Positions 52,256 through 64,000 of a stretch of 64,000 bases of DNA are shown here, one piece after another. The notes beneath the pieces were generated by a model. That model saw only the letters and a list, made by a program, of their open reading frames with translations. It did not search any database and was not told the origin of the DNA. Position numbers and translations under genes: made by a program. Source of the stretch: Octopus sinensis (lineage: Eukaryota). Numbering within the stretch: position 1 is the first letter of the stretch; the number at the start of each line of letters is the position of its first letter. The stretch is from contig NC_043007.1 in the NCBI RefSeq assembly GCF_006345805.1, forward strand, positions 8,370,001 through 8,434,000, given 5' to 3'.

Positions 52256-53609
52256 GTAAGTTAGAATATGGTGATCTCCTCGTCCTCTTTTAAAACTATT
52301 CGGTCTACACACTGCGTTGTTAAGCGTGTTTCCCACAACTTGGAGCATTGCCCGTTCTATGGTTTCAAAAACAGACAAAATCGAAATGCGTTATCTATTC
52401 GTTCTTAATTTTATTGACCGAAAATCATCGATTAATTTTTCAAGAAGCATCTCTTTACTTTTGATAATTTGTCAGTTTTCTAAAATTGAAAATAAGGATT
52501 AAACCTAATGCAAATACAGCTGAACTGATAATTATCTAATTTTCAAGATTAATTAATTAGGATGTTGGTAATTCATGAAAGCTGCTGCTGCTCATTTTTG
52601 TAGTTTTATTTTACTTAATGTTGGAAGCTCCACAGAATTGAACCAACTCACTTCTGTTGTGTCCTATATTTCTTATATCATTGATATTGTTTCTTTTTTC
52701 AGCTCATTTCATTTTTCACTTATTTAAAAAAAAAAAAAAAAAAAAAAAGAAATCTGGTCGTGTTGGATTGAGAATCTACAATTTCTTTCGCTATCTGCTT
52801 TTTGTGGAAGATGTTTTAGGCTTTAGACTGAGGTTATCTTTATATTTACTAACATTTTTGAGAATTGATTTTTAAATATCATTGCAAATATTGAAAAGAA
52901 TTTTAAGGAAATGAAAATTTGTCAAACCAAACATTGCGAAGAGAATGGTGATGATTTTCTACGTTATCAACATTTATTTGATTGGAGAGTCATTAGAAGT
53001 GTTCAAGGAATGGAGAAACTAAGCATTCTGTGCTTTTATCCATCATCTCAGATTGAGGAAGATAAAGTGTTTTCACTTGGGTTATGAGCTAGCAAAATCA
53101 GACAAAAAAACCCCCAAAAAAACCGGCAGCCATGCTTTCTCTGTCCTTGTCTTAGATGATGTGCAAAATCCTGAAATGTTGGATTCTTCAATCCTTATAA
53201 CAATTGACCCTATTTAACTCTCCTGCAAATACCAAAATTGTTTCTTTGTATCATCCTTTGGTATCTTTTGTCTTTTAATGAATTTTCTGATTCCCCGCTT
53301 CCCCCCATAATTATATATTTCTTTCTGGCAGACCACTTAGTGCCTTGTGATATTTTAAGCATTCCTACAGTCTCAATTTAGCTCGACCAGTTGCCACCTG
53401 CCTTTTTTTTCTTTTTCCCTTTTTTTCTCTCATTTTTTTTACCTTTTAAGCCATTCTTCATTACCATTATTGAATAAATGGTTGAAGATGCTGTGTATGT
53501 ATATATATTTTTATATATACACACTTGCAAATTTTATTGTTTTATAGTTGTCTGCTTTAGTCTTGCTTCATTTTAGTTGCTAAAGCAATTTTTTTTATTT
53601 CTTTTCCAG

Positions 53610-53729
53610 GATGGCCCCTTGCATATTGGAACATCTGATTATTCTGTATCAGCAGATTTGGCGACGCCTTCATATTTTAAGAACCACATAGTCATGCCAC
53701 TCAAGAGTATAGCATCCAGTATCAAATAA
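53610..53729 (+). CDS. Candidate alternative terminal exon B (DGPLHIGTSDYSVSADLATPSYFKNHIVMPLKSIASSIK*)
   Basis: Strong tttatttcttttccag acceptor, 39 open codons, and a TAA that overlaps AATAAA (53725-53730). Confidence 0.55.
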   Translation, partial: DGPLHIGTSDYSVSADLATPSYFKNHIVMPLKSIASSIK

Positions 53730-54172
53730 AGTATTTTAGACTTGTTGAGTCTTTGAGAATCTTATTCCATTATTGTATTCTGTTCTGTAATTCAATTGCT
53801 AAAATGTGTGGGGTAAAATTGAACATTTTACTGTTTTCTTGTAACATTTTAATCGTCATGATTTAAAGGTCTAAAAATATCAAACACCTCTTCAATGGGT
53901 AGCAAACACTGGTTTTATGTAACATTCCTATACGGTGTCTTAATATTCCTGGTCTTCAAAATCTGTACCTCTTAATTCACTCGGTTTACACTTTGTTGCA
54001 TGCTTTTTGCAATTGAGGATTTTTACAAGTTTTTTCTTATGTTGTGTGCGTGTGTGAGTCACAAAAGAAACCAATTTTATCCATTAAAAAATGCTATTTC
54101 AATGGTTTAGAATGGATTTCTTAATCATTCTGTGTAGGGAATTCTTGCTGATTTCTTGCATTTTCCTTTCAG

Positions 54173-54231
54173 TTGTCACATGGTAAAAAGACAGAAAATG
54201 CTGACAAAAAACCAACAGATAGAGCATTTCC
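54173..54231 (+). CDS. RBM4/lark-like coding exon 3 (long isoform)
   Basis: ttttcctttcag acceptor and GTGAGT donor; LSHGKKTENADKKPTDRAFP, phase 0 to 2. Gives the usual RRM end VE-LS. Confidence 0.85.
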
Positions 54232-55125
54232 GTGAGTTGCTTGACATTATTTTGTTTTCTCCATTTTATTTTAAAAACTTCATTCCAATTAGCTCTGTTA
54301 ATTAACTAGGACTTGGCTCTTGATCCCAACATGTGCCTCAGACCTCTTGGTGATATAGTACAAAACAGCCCATTTCAAAATGTTAATGCTTGAATTAAAA
54401 TTGTTGACAGCATCTTAAAAGCAACACAGTCTTGATTATGGAAAGATTGTGTTTGGTAGCATCCTATCTGAGGCCTCTTGTTTGTGGCCTATTTTAAATT
54501 GTTTATATTTCAGTTAAAAATATTTTATCGGAATTTTGTACAAGAACATGCTGAGAAATCATTTTACTAAATTTGTAGTTTTTTTTTAAAATTAATTCCC
54601 AAATTTATTGAAATACAAGCAATACATTTTATTAAAGTTTTATTGTGAAGACTTAACCATTAATTCCCTTTTCCTTCTAGCAAGAGGTAGACCCAATGTT
54701 GGGGAATTTGACCCACTCAATTCCAGTGTATGATCAGAGGGCACAGTTCATAGCTTCAGTTCATTTTTGACCCTCATAACCTCTGTAACTTTTGAATGCA
54801 TCAATAACTCAATTTGAAAAGGCCTGTATGTTTATTGGAAATTATTTTGATAGGGGCCAAACATCTCAGCTAGCCATTCAATTTTATTTAATTAGTTTAG
54901 TTCCTGGGTACATTCTGAAGACGTTAACTACTACTGTGTTTCAAATTCATAATTCCTGTAATTGTGATCTTTCTCAAGAATTTAGAACAAAATTATCAAC
55001 TGCTTTCAAATATTCCTGGGTTCTGTGGAATAATGTTGGTTTTATTTGGCTTTTACTCTTTTTAACCTGTCTGTGTTGCTTATGCATCTGTAGTTCATCA
55101 TGTACTTGTGTTTTATCTATTGAAG

Positions 55126-55587
55126 ACCAAGAAAGCCTTTGGGTCAAGGAGGACTATCCAATTTTAACAGTCGTTTCACACCCGGCAGCTTTAACAACAA
55201 CAACAACAACAACTGGTCAGACAACTATGACCAAAGGCCACGGTTTCGTGACAACTTCCCAGATTATTATGAAAGGGATGGACGAATGCCATCTGTTCCA
55301 GACAGGTATCCAGGTGGGCCGATGTCCGACAGAATGGGATCCATGCAAGACAGGTACCCTGCACAAGGACCACCAAGAGATCGCATGATGCCTCCACAAC
55401 ACTCAGAAAGATTTCCTTCCTCCCAGCCTGACAGAATGAGACCCTCCAGTCCATTTGATAGGAGAGGAGCACCGCCGCCTCCTCATGCCATGAGAGACAA
55501 CTACTATATGGACAGAGACCCTTACTACCGTGAGAGAAGTCCTCTTTCTCGGATGCCTCCTGATTATTATGATAGAAATATGAAACG
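55126..55587 (+). CDS. RBM4/lark-like coding exon 4 (R/D/P/Y/M low-complexity region)
   Basis: A phase-2 entry continues into ORF 55139. Contains DPYYRERSP-type motifs typical of lark tails; CG|GTCAGT donor. Confidence 0.85.
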
Positions 55588-55697
55588 GTCAGTATTTTCC
55601 CCTTTTTGATTGTCAACATTTCGTTATATGATAATTAATTTAGTCAGTCCTCTCTTCTTGCAAAATCTCTCTTACCTCACTTTTCGTTTCCTTACAG

Positions 55698-56381
55698 AGA
55701 CTACCCACCTTCTCCATATCAGAATAATGATAACATGGGTGGTTTCAAGAGAGACACCCCGATGGGTCGAGACATGGGTATGCGATCGATGGGCATGGAT
55801 GCTCCAGTCCGAGACCAGATGCCATCTTCTCGTGGTGGAATGGAACCAATGAGGAGAGACAATATGGTTGGCAATAGGGGTCCTGGTCCTATGGGGGTCG
55901 GTCGAGATTCCTACAGGCAAGGAGATTCAATGGACCATCACAACATGGGAAATCGACAGATGGGTTCAATGATGCGAGACCGTCAAGAGATGGGTGGTGG
56001 AGGAGGTGGCATGAACAACTCTGGCGGCTATAACAGCTACAATGGTCAGCAACAGGGTGGTGGTGGTGGCGGCGGCGGTGGTGGGGGAGGTGGTTACGGC
56101 ATGAACCATTCTTACAACAACTTCAATAATGACCGATCGAGATCTGGTCCTGGTATGGACAATAACTACAGGGAGAACTACAGAGATAACAACTATAGAG
56201 AGAATAATTACAGGGAGAACAACTACCGAGACAACTACCAAGGAATGGGGGGAGGAGGAGGAGGCGGGGTGGTGGTGGTAATATGGGGGGTGGTGGAGGT
56301 GGAAGACAGCAAATGGGCTCGCAAAAAAAGGGTAACTTACCTGACCAAAGTTTTTTACAGACAGGTCCAATATTTTTTTAA
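55698..56381 (+). CDS. RBM4/lark-like terminal coding exon (G/M/N/R-rich prion-like tail), with a probable 1-nt assembly deletion near 56266-56269
   Basis: ttccttacag acceptor, phase 2. As assembled the frame ends at 56388 with an atypical VVVVIW tail. Adding one G gives GGGNMGGGGGGRQQMGSQKKGNLPDQSFLQTGPIFF* ending at 56381. Confidence 0.8.
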
Positions 56382-58127
56382 AATATGAATCCTTTCTCAG
56401 ATTATAGATACTACTAATAATGATAATAATAGTGGTTCTTTGAAAAGTAAAAAAAGAAACATCTTCACCTGGTATTTTTGTTGGTGTTTATAAAAAAAAA
56501 CAAAGAAAAACATATTTTTAAGTATCAAGATTTCATTGAGATTAATATTGTTTCCCAAGTGTTAAATACGAACAAAATACTTTTAACTCCTCATCCAAGT
56601 TTGTTCACTATACATAACATACCATCACAGACTGCATCAGTCAGTTTCTTTTCCCATCCCACCCCACATTTTATCCCCTACTTAGTATAATTCCCACACA
56701 TCTTTAACTGGATTATATATTATACAAATGAAATAGAAACAAAAGATTCCACACTTTGTTCTTTTCTTTTCAAAGTCTTGTCAATTCACTCTTGTAGGAT
56801 AAGCTTTCTATAGATATCTTCCATTGTGTGTATTTGGTGTTTCTTAAGGGCCCAGTGCTTTGAATTGTCTTCACTGAAACCATTTTTGATCCTATCTGAA
56901 TCCTAACCATTGGAGGGCAGATCTTCATTTTCCAACTCCACTTTTCTCATTTCAACTTTCAATCAACATCCACACTCTAATTTCATTTCTTTGGTATTCC
57001 AACCTATTTTCATAATTCATTACTAAATTTATCGTCTTTTTTTTTTTTTTAACCTTGTTTTTCTTGATACCTCATATGCTGGTTTCCTTTTATTTCAGTT
57101 GATTCTTTAGAATTTTTGTGATGTGCTCAAATTAAATATGTTCTAAATAATTTATTAGTGTGACATAATTTCAACATCATGTACCTAATTGCTGCCTCAA
57201 TTCTGCGAAAGTTTCTGACTTCTGTCTCGATTTAACAAAGGTAACTAGAAAACTGATTTCATGTGTTTCTCTGTTGAAATTGTTTGTGATATTTTAAGGG
57301 TATAGGTATTAGTGATTGCTTTATTTGTCTTTATTATTTACAGTGTTATTTTTAATTCCCATAAACTGTTAGGCCTAAACCCACACTGATTTAATTTTGA
57401 ATTTCAAATGTGATTAGAAGTTGTTGTTAGTTGATGTCTCTTTTCAAATCATCTTTCATACCTCATAAATCTGTTAGCTCAGTGCAGACTTTAGCTTTCT
57501 CCATTGAGAATGAAGAATTAACCATAAAATATGACACATGCTTCCATATACTCACTGATCAATGTTTTGATTGTCATTTAAATTTTATTTCCATTCCTTA
57601 GTTTTTTTCTTGTTTTATTTTTTAAGACAATGTCCCTTTTGCTTGTGATTATACCCAATGATTCACTTCCAGCAAAATAAAATCACCTTTCCCTATTTGT
57701 CTTCCCCCTTCTTATCAGTATTAAGGTCTGCCGTTGTTTTCTATTTTGCTTTGAAATGTTTCTTGTGTAGAGAAAGATAAAAGTCCTTTTATAGGATCTC
57801 TATTCTGACAGTTCTATTCTTAATGTTCTCCGACTCTACCCGTGTGGAAACCTGCTCAATGTACTGCCTGCATTTCTTCATTCCATGTTTCCAATGTCTA
57901 TCACTTAAAACAGAGCCATTACAAACTTTCAAAAAAGGAAGAAAAAAAAAGGTGGCAAAGCAGAGTGAACAAAAACCTTTTTTTTAATCGTTATTATTAT
58001 TTTACAAATTGTAATTTTAATATTGAGAGAAAAAAAAAATGGAAAATATTTCCCCACCTTTTTTGTGTTTGATATTTCTTAGCTGTAAGTTACCAATGTC
58101 TTAGATGTCTGTAAAATTTTTTTTAAA

Positions 58128-58145
58128 AATAAAAAGAATATTAAA
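58128..58145 (+). terminator. Probable polyadenylation signals of the RRM gene
   Basis: AATAAA (58128) and ATTAAA (58140) followed by U/GU-rich sequence, at the end of about 1.75 kb of repeat-free U-rich putative 3' UTR. Confidence 0.45.
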
Positions 58146-59322
58146 AGTTCGTTTTTCTTTCATGGTTGTTTGTTTTAGCTTAAAAAAATGCATGTTTCTG
58201 GATTCTATTTGCGTCTGGGAAGAGTCATTCTGTTTTAACACATTCTATTAAACATACTCACTGGTTCAATTTTGCTCCTCCCACCCCAGTTGTCATTGCG
58301 TCTTGCAACCTCTTCAATGTCTGTTATTAAAGAGGTGTAAGAAGCAACCTAAATTTTAAGTTGGAAAAAAACTGAGTGGAAATTGAACTACTGTGTTAAT
58401 TAATAAGGCATTAAAACAGAATGACTCTTCCAACACAACAAACTATGCTTCAACACACAAATTCACATAAAAAATCTTGTAAACTAAATACAAAAACGAG
58501 ATGGCATGTAAAAAGCACCATTCAAACATGGTCGTTGCCAGTGACACTTAAGAAAGCCACTACACTTGGAGTGGTTGGCGTTAGGAAGGGCATCCAGCTG
58601 GAGAAACTCTGCCAGATCAGATTTGAGCCTGGTAGATCATTATCATCGTCGTTTAATGTCTGCTTTCCATGCTGGCATGGGTTGGACGGTTTGACTGAAA
58701 ACTAGTAAGCTGGGAGGCTGCCCTAGACTCCAATCTGATTTGGCAAGGTTTCTACAGCTGGATGCCCTTCCTAATGCCAACCACTCTGAGAGTGGGTGTA
58801 TTTTATGTGGCACTGGCATCAGCCATGCTTGAATGGTGCTTTTTACATGCCAGTCAGGTGGTGAAATAAATTGCTAATCATGTGGTTTTGAGATCAGTCC
58901 CACTCCACAGCACCTTGTATATGTGTGTGTTCATGTCTCCTTGTCTTGATATAAACAAACATCACCACCATCCTATGTGTTATGTCTCATAGTTCTAGTT
59001 TTCTGTCAAAACATGCCAAGCGTCCATCCTTGACATGACCATGGAATGTTGAAATAATGTGATCTGGAGGTGGTGGGGATTTCTCTCCATGCTAGCGATA
59101 TGAACAAGAGTGTATTTTGCACCAAGAAGACAATATCAGAGCTTCTCTCGTGCTATCTACCACAGTATACTTTGTTCTAATAGAACATCCATGTTTTAAG
59201 TGGGGATAAATATTCCCTCTTGCTAATATGTAGAGGCTAGATATTTTTCAGTATGTCCACAGCTATTCCTCATCGTCTTCATATTCTAATCATGTGTTGC
59301 AGGAGAAACACCTAGGCATACG

Positions 59323-59641
59323 TCATCATCATCGTTTAACGTCCGTTTTTCCATGCTGGCATGGGTTGGACTGTTTGTCCGAGGACTGGCAAGCCAGGAG
59401 GCCACGCCAGGCTCAAATCTGATCTGGCAATGTTTCTACTGCTGGATTCCCTTCCTAACGCCAACCACTCCAAGAGTGTAGTGGGAGCTTTTTACATTCC
59501 ATTGGCACAGGGGCTAGTCAGGTGGCACTGGCATCAATCATGTTTGGATAGTGCTTTTTATGTGCCGCCAGTCAGGGAGTATTGGCATCGCCCACGTTCG
59601 GATGGTGCTTATTACGTGCTACTGGCATGACAGCCAGTCAG
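59323..59641 (-). mobile_element. RTE 3' UTR-type repeat that hosts the satellite
   Basis: Starts catcatcatcgtttaacgtccg and grades through diverged subrepeats into the array. Confidence 0.8.
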
Positions 59642-62600
59642 GGCACTGGCATTGACCATGTTCGGATGGTGCTTTTTATGTGCTACCAGCACGGGAGCCA
59701 GTCAGGGCACTGGCATTGGCCACGTTCGGATGGTGCTTTTTATGTGCTACCAGCATGGGAGCCAGTCAGGGCACTGGCATTGGCCACGTTCGGATGGTGC
59801 TTTTTATGTGCTACCAGCATGGGAGCCAGTCAGGGCACTGGCATTGACCATGTTCGGATGGTGCTTTTTATGTGCTACCAGCATGGGAGCCAGTCAGGGC
59901 ACTGGCATTGGCCACGTTCGGATGGTGCTTTTTATGTGCTACCAGCATGGGAGCCAGTCAGGGCACTGGCATTGGCCACGTTCGGATGGTGCTTTTTATG
60001 TGCTACCAGCACGGGAGCCAGTCAGGGCACTGGCATTGGCCACGTTCGGATGGTGCTTTTTATGTGCTACCAGCACGGGAGCCAGTCAGGGCACTGGCAT
60101 TGGCCACGTTCGGATGGTGCTTTTTATGTGCTACCAGCATGGGAGCCAGTCAGGGCACTGGCATTGGCAACGTTCGGATGGTGCTTTTTATGTGCTACCA
60201 GCACGGGAGCCAGTCAGGGCACTGGCATTGGCCACGTTCGGATGGTGCTTTTTATGTGCTACCAGCACGGGAGCCAGTCAGGGCACTGGCATTGGCCACG
60301 TTCGGATGGTGCTTTTTATGTGCTACCAGCATGGGAGCCAGTCAGGGCACTGGCATTGGCCACGTTCGGATGGTGCTTTTTATGTGCTACCAGCACGGGA
60401 GCCAGTCAGGGCACTGGCATTGGCCACGTTCGGATGGTGCTTTTTATGTGCTACCAGCACGGGAGCCAGTCAGGGCACTGGCATTGTCCACGTTCGGATG
60501 GTGCTTTTTATGTGCTACCAGCACGGGAGCCAGTCAGGGCACTGGCATTGGCCACGTTAGGATGGTGCTTTTTATGTGCTACCAGCATGGAGCCAGTCAG
60601 GGCACTGGCATTGGCCACGTTCGGATGGTGCTTTTTATGTGCTACCAGCACGGGAGCCAGTCAGGGCACTGGCATTGGCCACGTTAGGATGGTGCTTTTT
60701 ATGTGCTACCAGCACGGGAGCCAGTCAGGGCACTGGCATTGGCCACGTTAGGATGGTGCTTTTTATGTGCTACCAGCACGGGAGCCAGTCAGGGCACTGG
60801 CATTGTCCACGTTCGGATGGTGCTTTTTATGTGCTACCAGCACGGGAGCCAGTCAGGGCACTGGCATTGGCCACGTTAGGATGGTGCTTTTTATGTGCTA
60901 CCAGCATGGGAGCCAGTCAGGGCACTGGCATTGTCCACGTTCGGATGGTGCTTTTTATGTGCTACCAGCATGGGAGCCAGTCAGGGCACTGGCATTGACC
61001 ATGTTCGGATGGTGCTTTTTATGTGCTACCAGCATGGGAGCCAGTCAGGGCACTGGCATTGGCAACGTTCGGATGGTGCTTTTTATGTGCTACCAGCACG
61101 GGAGCCAGTCAGGGCACTGGCATTGGCCACGTTCGGATGGTGCTTTTTATGTGCTACCAGCACGGGAGCCAGTCAGGGCACTGGCATTGGCCACGTTAGG
61201 ATGGTGCTTTTTATGTGCTACCAGCACGGGAGCCAGTCAGGGCACTGGCATTGTCCACGTTCGGATGGTGCTTTTTATGTGCTACCAGCACGGGAGCCAG
61301 TCAGGGCACTGGCATTGGCCACGTTAGGATGGTGCTTTTTATGTGCTACCAGCATGGGAGCCAGTCAGGGCACTGGCATTGTCCACGTTCGGATGGTGCT
61401 TTTTATGTGCTACCAGCATGGGAGCCAGTCAGGGCACTGGCATTGACCATGTTCGGATGGTGCTTTTTATGTGCTACCAGCATGGGAGCCAGTCAGGGCA
61501 CTGGCATTGGCACGTTCGGATGGTGCTTTTTATGTGCTACCAGCACGGGAGCCAGTCAGGGCACTGGCATTGGCCACGTTCGGATGGTGCTTTTTATGTG
61601 CTACCAGCACGGGAGCCAGTCAGGGCACTGGCATTGGCCACGTTCGGATGGTGCTTTTTATGTGCTACCAGCATGGGAGCCAGTCAGGGCACTGGCATTG
61701 GCCACGTTCGGATGGTGCTTTTTATGTGCTACCAGCACGGGAGCCAGTCAGGGCACTGGCATTGGCCACGTTCGGATGGTGCTTTTTTGTGCTACCAGCA
61801 TGGGAGCCAGTCAGGGCACTGGCATTAACCATGTTCGGATGGTGCTTTTTATGTGCTACCAGCATGGGAGCCAGTCAGGGCACTGGCATTGGCCACGTTC
61901 GGATGGTGCTTTTTATGTGCTACCAGCACGGGAGCCAGTCAGGGCACTGGCATTGGCCACGTTCGGATGGTGCTTTTTATGTGCTACCAGCATGGGAGCC
62001 AGTCAGGGCACTGGCATTGGCCACGTTCGGATGGTGCTTTTTATGTGCTACCAGCATGGGAGCCAGTCAGGGCACTGGCATTGGCCACGTTCGGATGGTG
62101 CTTTTTATGTGCTACCAGCACGGGAGCCAGTCAGGGCACTGGCATTGGCCACGTTCGGATGGTGCTTTTTATGTGCTACCAGCACGGGAGCCAGTCAGGG
62201 CACTGGCATTGACCATGTTCGGATGGTGCTTTTTATGTGCTACCAGCATGGGAGCCAGTCAGGGCACTGGCATTGGCAACGTTCGGATGGTGCTTTTTAT
62301 GTGCTACCAGCACGGGAGCCAGTCAGGGCACTGGCATTGGCCACGTTCGGATGGTGCTTTTTATGTGCTACTACCAGCATGGGAGCCAGTCAGGGCACTG
62401 GCATTGGCCACGTTCGGATGGTGCTTTTTATGTGCTACCAGCACGGAGCCAGTCAGGGCACTGGCATTGGCCACGTTCGGATGGTGCTTTTTATGTGCTA
62501 CCAGCACGGGAGCCAGTCAGGGCACTGGCATTGTCCACGTTCGGATGGTGCTTTTTATGTGCTACCAGCATGGGAGCCAGTCAGGGCACTGGCATTGACC

Positions 62601-64000
62601 ATGTTCGGATGGTGCTTTTTATGTGCTACCAGCATGGGCAGCCAGTCAGGGCACTGGCATTGGCCACGTTCGGATGGTGCTTTTTATGTGCTACTAGCAC
62701 ACGGGAGCCAGTCAGGGCACTGGCATTGGCCACGTTCGGATGGTGCTTTTTATGTGCTACCAGCATGGGAGCCAGTCAGGGCACTGGCATTGGCCACGTT
62801 CGGATGGTGCTTTTTATGTGCTACCAGCATGGGAGCCAGTCAGGGCACTGGCATTGGCCACGTTCGGATGGTGCTTTTTATGTGCTACCAGCATGGGAGC
62901 CAGTCAGGGCACTGGCATTGGCCACGTTCGGATGGTGCTTTTTATGTGCTACCAGCATGGGAGCCAGTCAGGGCACTGGCATTGGCCACGTTCGGATGGT
63001 GCTTTTTATGTGCTACCAGCACGGGAGCCAGTCAGGGCACTGGCATTGGCCACGTTCGGATGGTGCTTTTTATGTGCTACCAGCACGGGAGCCAGTCAGG
63101 GCACTGGCATTGACCATGTTCGGATGGTGCTTTTTATGTGCTACACCAGCATGGGAGCCAGTCAGGGCACTGGCATTGGCCACGTTCGGATGGTGCTTTT
63201 TATGTGCTACCAGCACGGGAGCCAGTCAGGGCACTGGCATTGGCCACGTTCGGATGGTGCTTTTTATGTGCTACCAGCATGGGAGCCAGTCAGGGCACTG
63301 GCATTGGCCACGTTCGGTTGGTGCTTTTTATGTGCTACCAGCATGGGAGCCAGTCAGGGCACTGGCATTGGCCACGTTCGGATGGTGCTTTTTATGTGCT
63401 ACCAGCACGGGAGCCAGTCAGGGCACTGGCATTGCCATGTTCGGATGGTGCTTTTTATGTGCTACCAGCATGGGAGCCAGTCAGGGCACTGGCATTGGCC
63501 ACGTTCGGATGGTGCTTTTTATGTGCTACCAGCACGGGAGCCAGTCAGGGCACTGGCATTGGCCACGTTCGGATGGTGCTTTTTATGTGCTACCAGCATG
63601 GGAGCCAGTCAGGGCACTGGCATTGGCCACGTTCGGATGGTGCTTTTTATGTGCTACCAGCATGGGAGCCAGTCAGGGCACTGGCATTGACATGTTCGGA
63701 TGGTGCTTTTTATGTGCTACCAGCATGGGAGCCAGTCAGGGCACTGGCATTGGCCACGTTCGGATGGTGCTTTTTATGTGCTACCAGCACGGGAGCCAGT
63801 CAGGGCACTGGCATTGGCCACGTTCGGATGGTGCTTTTTATGTGCTACCAGCACGGGAGCCAGTCAGGGCACTGGCATTGGCCACGTTCGGATGGTGCTT
63901 TTTATGTGCTACCAGCACGGGAGCCAGTCAGGGCACTGGCATTGGCCACGTTCGGATGGTGCTTTTTATGTGCTACCAGCATGGGAGCCAGTCAGGGCAC
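59642..64000. repeat. 64-bp satellite array (about 68 copies, runs off the window)
   Basis: Unit GGCACTGGCATTGGCCACGTTCGGATGGTGCTTTTTATGTGCTACCAGCAYGGGAGCCAGTCAG; period measured as 64 (59642 to 59706). Confidence 0.97.

Noticed and set aside
54792-55388. 198-aa ORF overlapping exon 4
   Set aside because: It starts in intronic sequence with a non-ATG codon and is an alternative frame of the real exon. It matters only as the frameshifted NMD frame.
56332-56360. Apparent GT...ttttttacAG mini-intron near the stop codon
   Set aside because: 29 nt is too short for a typical intron, and the sequence encodes the duplicated C-terminal motif.
59582-63690. Long overlapping ORFs (up to 632 aa) and a CRISPR-like appearance
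   Set aside because: These arise from a stop-poor 64-bp unit. There are no unique spacers and no cas genes, and the context is eukaryotic.

Overview
AT-rich eukaryotic genomic DNA. The repeat families resemble those of octopus/coleoid cephalopods (inference). Two spliced genes sit head-to-head on a short bidirectional promoter at about 32950-33100. On the minus strand is UTP25/DIEXF: six phase-consistent coding exons from ATG 32920 running off the left edge, with a minisatellite-expanded acidic exon. On the plus strand is an RBM4/lark-like protein with a single RRM and a long low-complexity tail (ATG 38362, stop about 56381). The most striking signal is in the 10-kb, repeat-poor intron after the RRM. 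It holds a candidate exon (QKKGHLPRYFYIQ) that can splice to either of two DGPL-starting exons, rebuilding an ungapped copy of the protein's own C-terminal motif (QKKGNLPDQSFLQTGPIFF), plus further cassette or poison exon candidates. The introns carry a mariner nested in a foldback element nested in a retroposon, Helitron, Gypsy-like, Merlin and piggyBac relics, a 28-bp mini-MITE with a perfect 8-bp TSD, several Penelope-type minimal hammerhead motifs and several long inverted repeats. The window ends in a 64-bp satellite that grew out of an RTE-LINE 3' UTR. All calls were made by eye; no searches were run.
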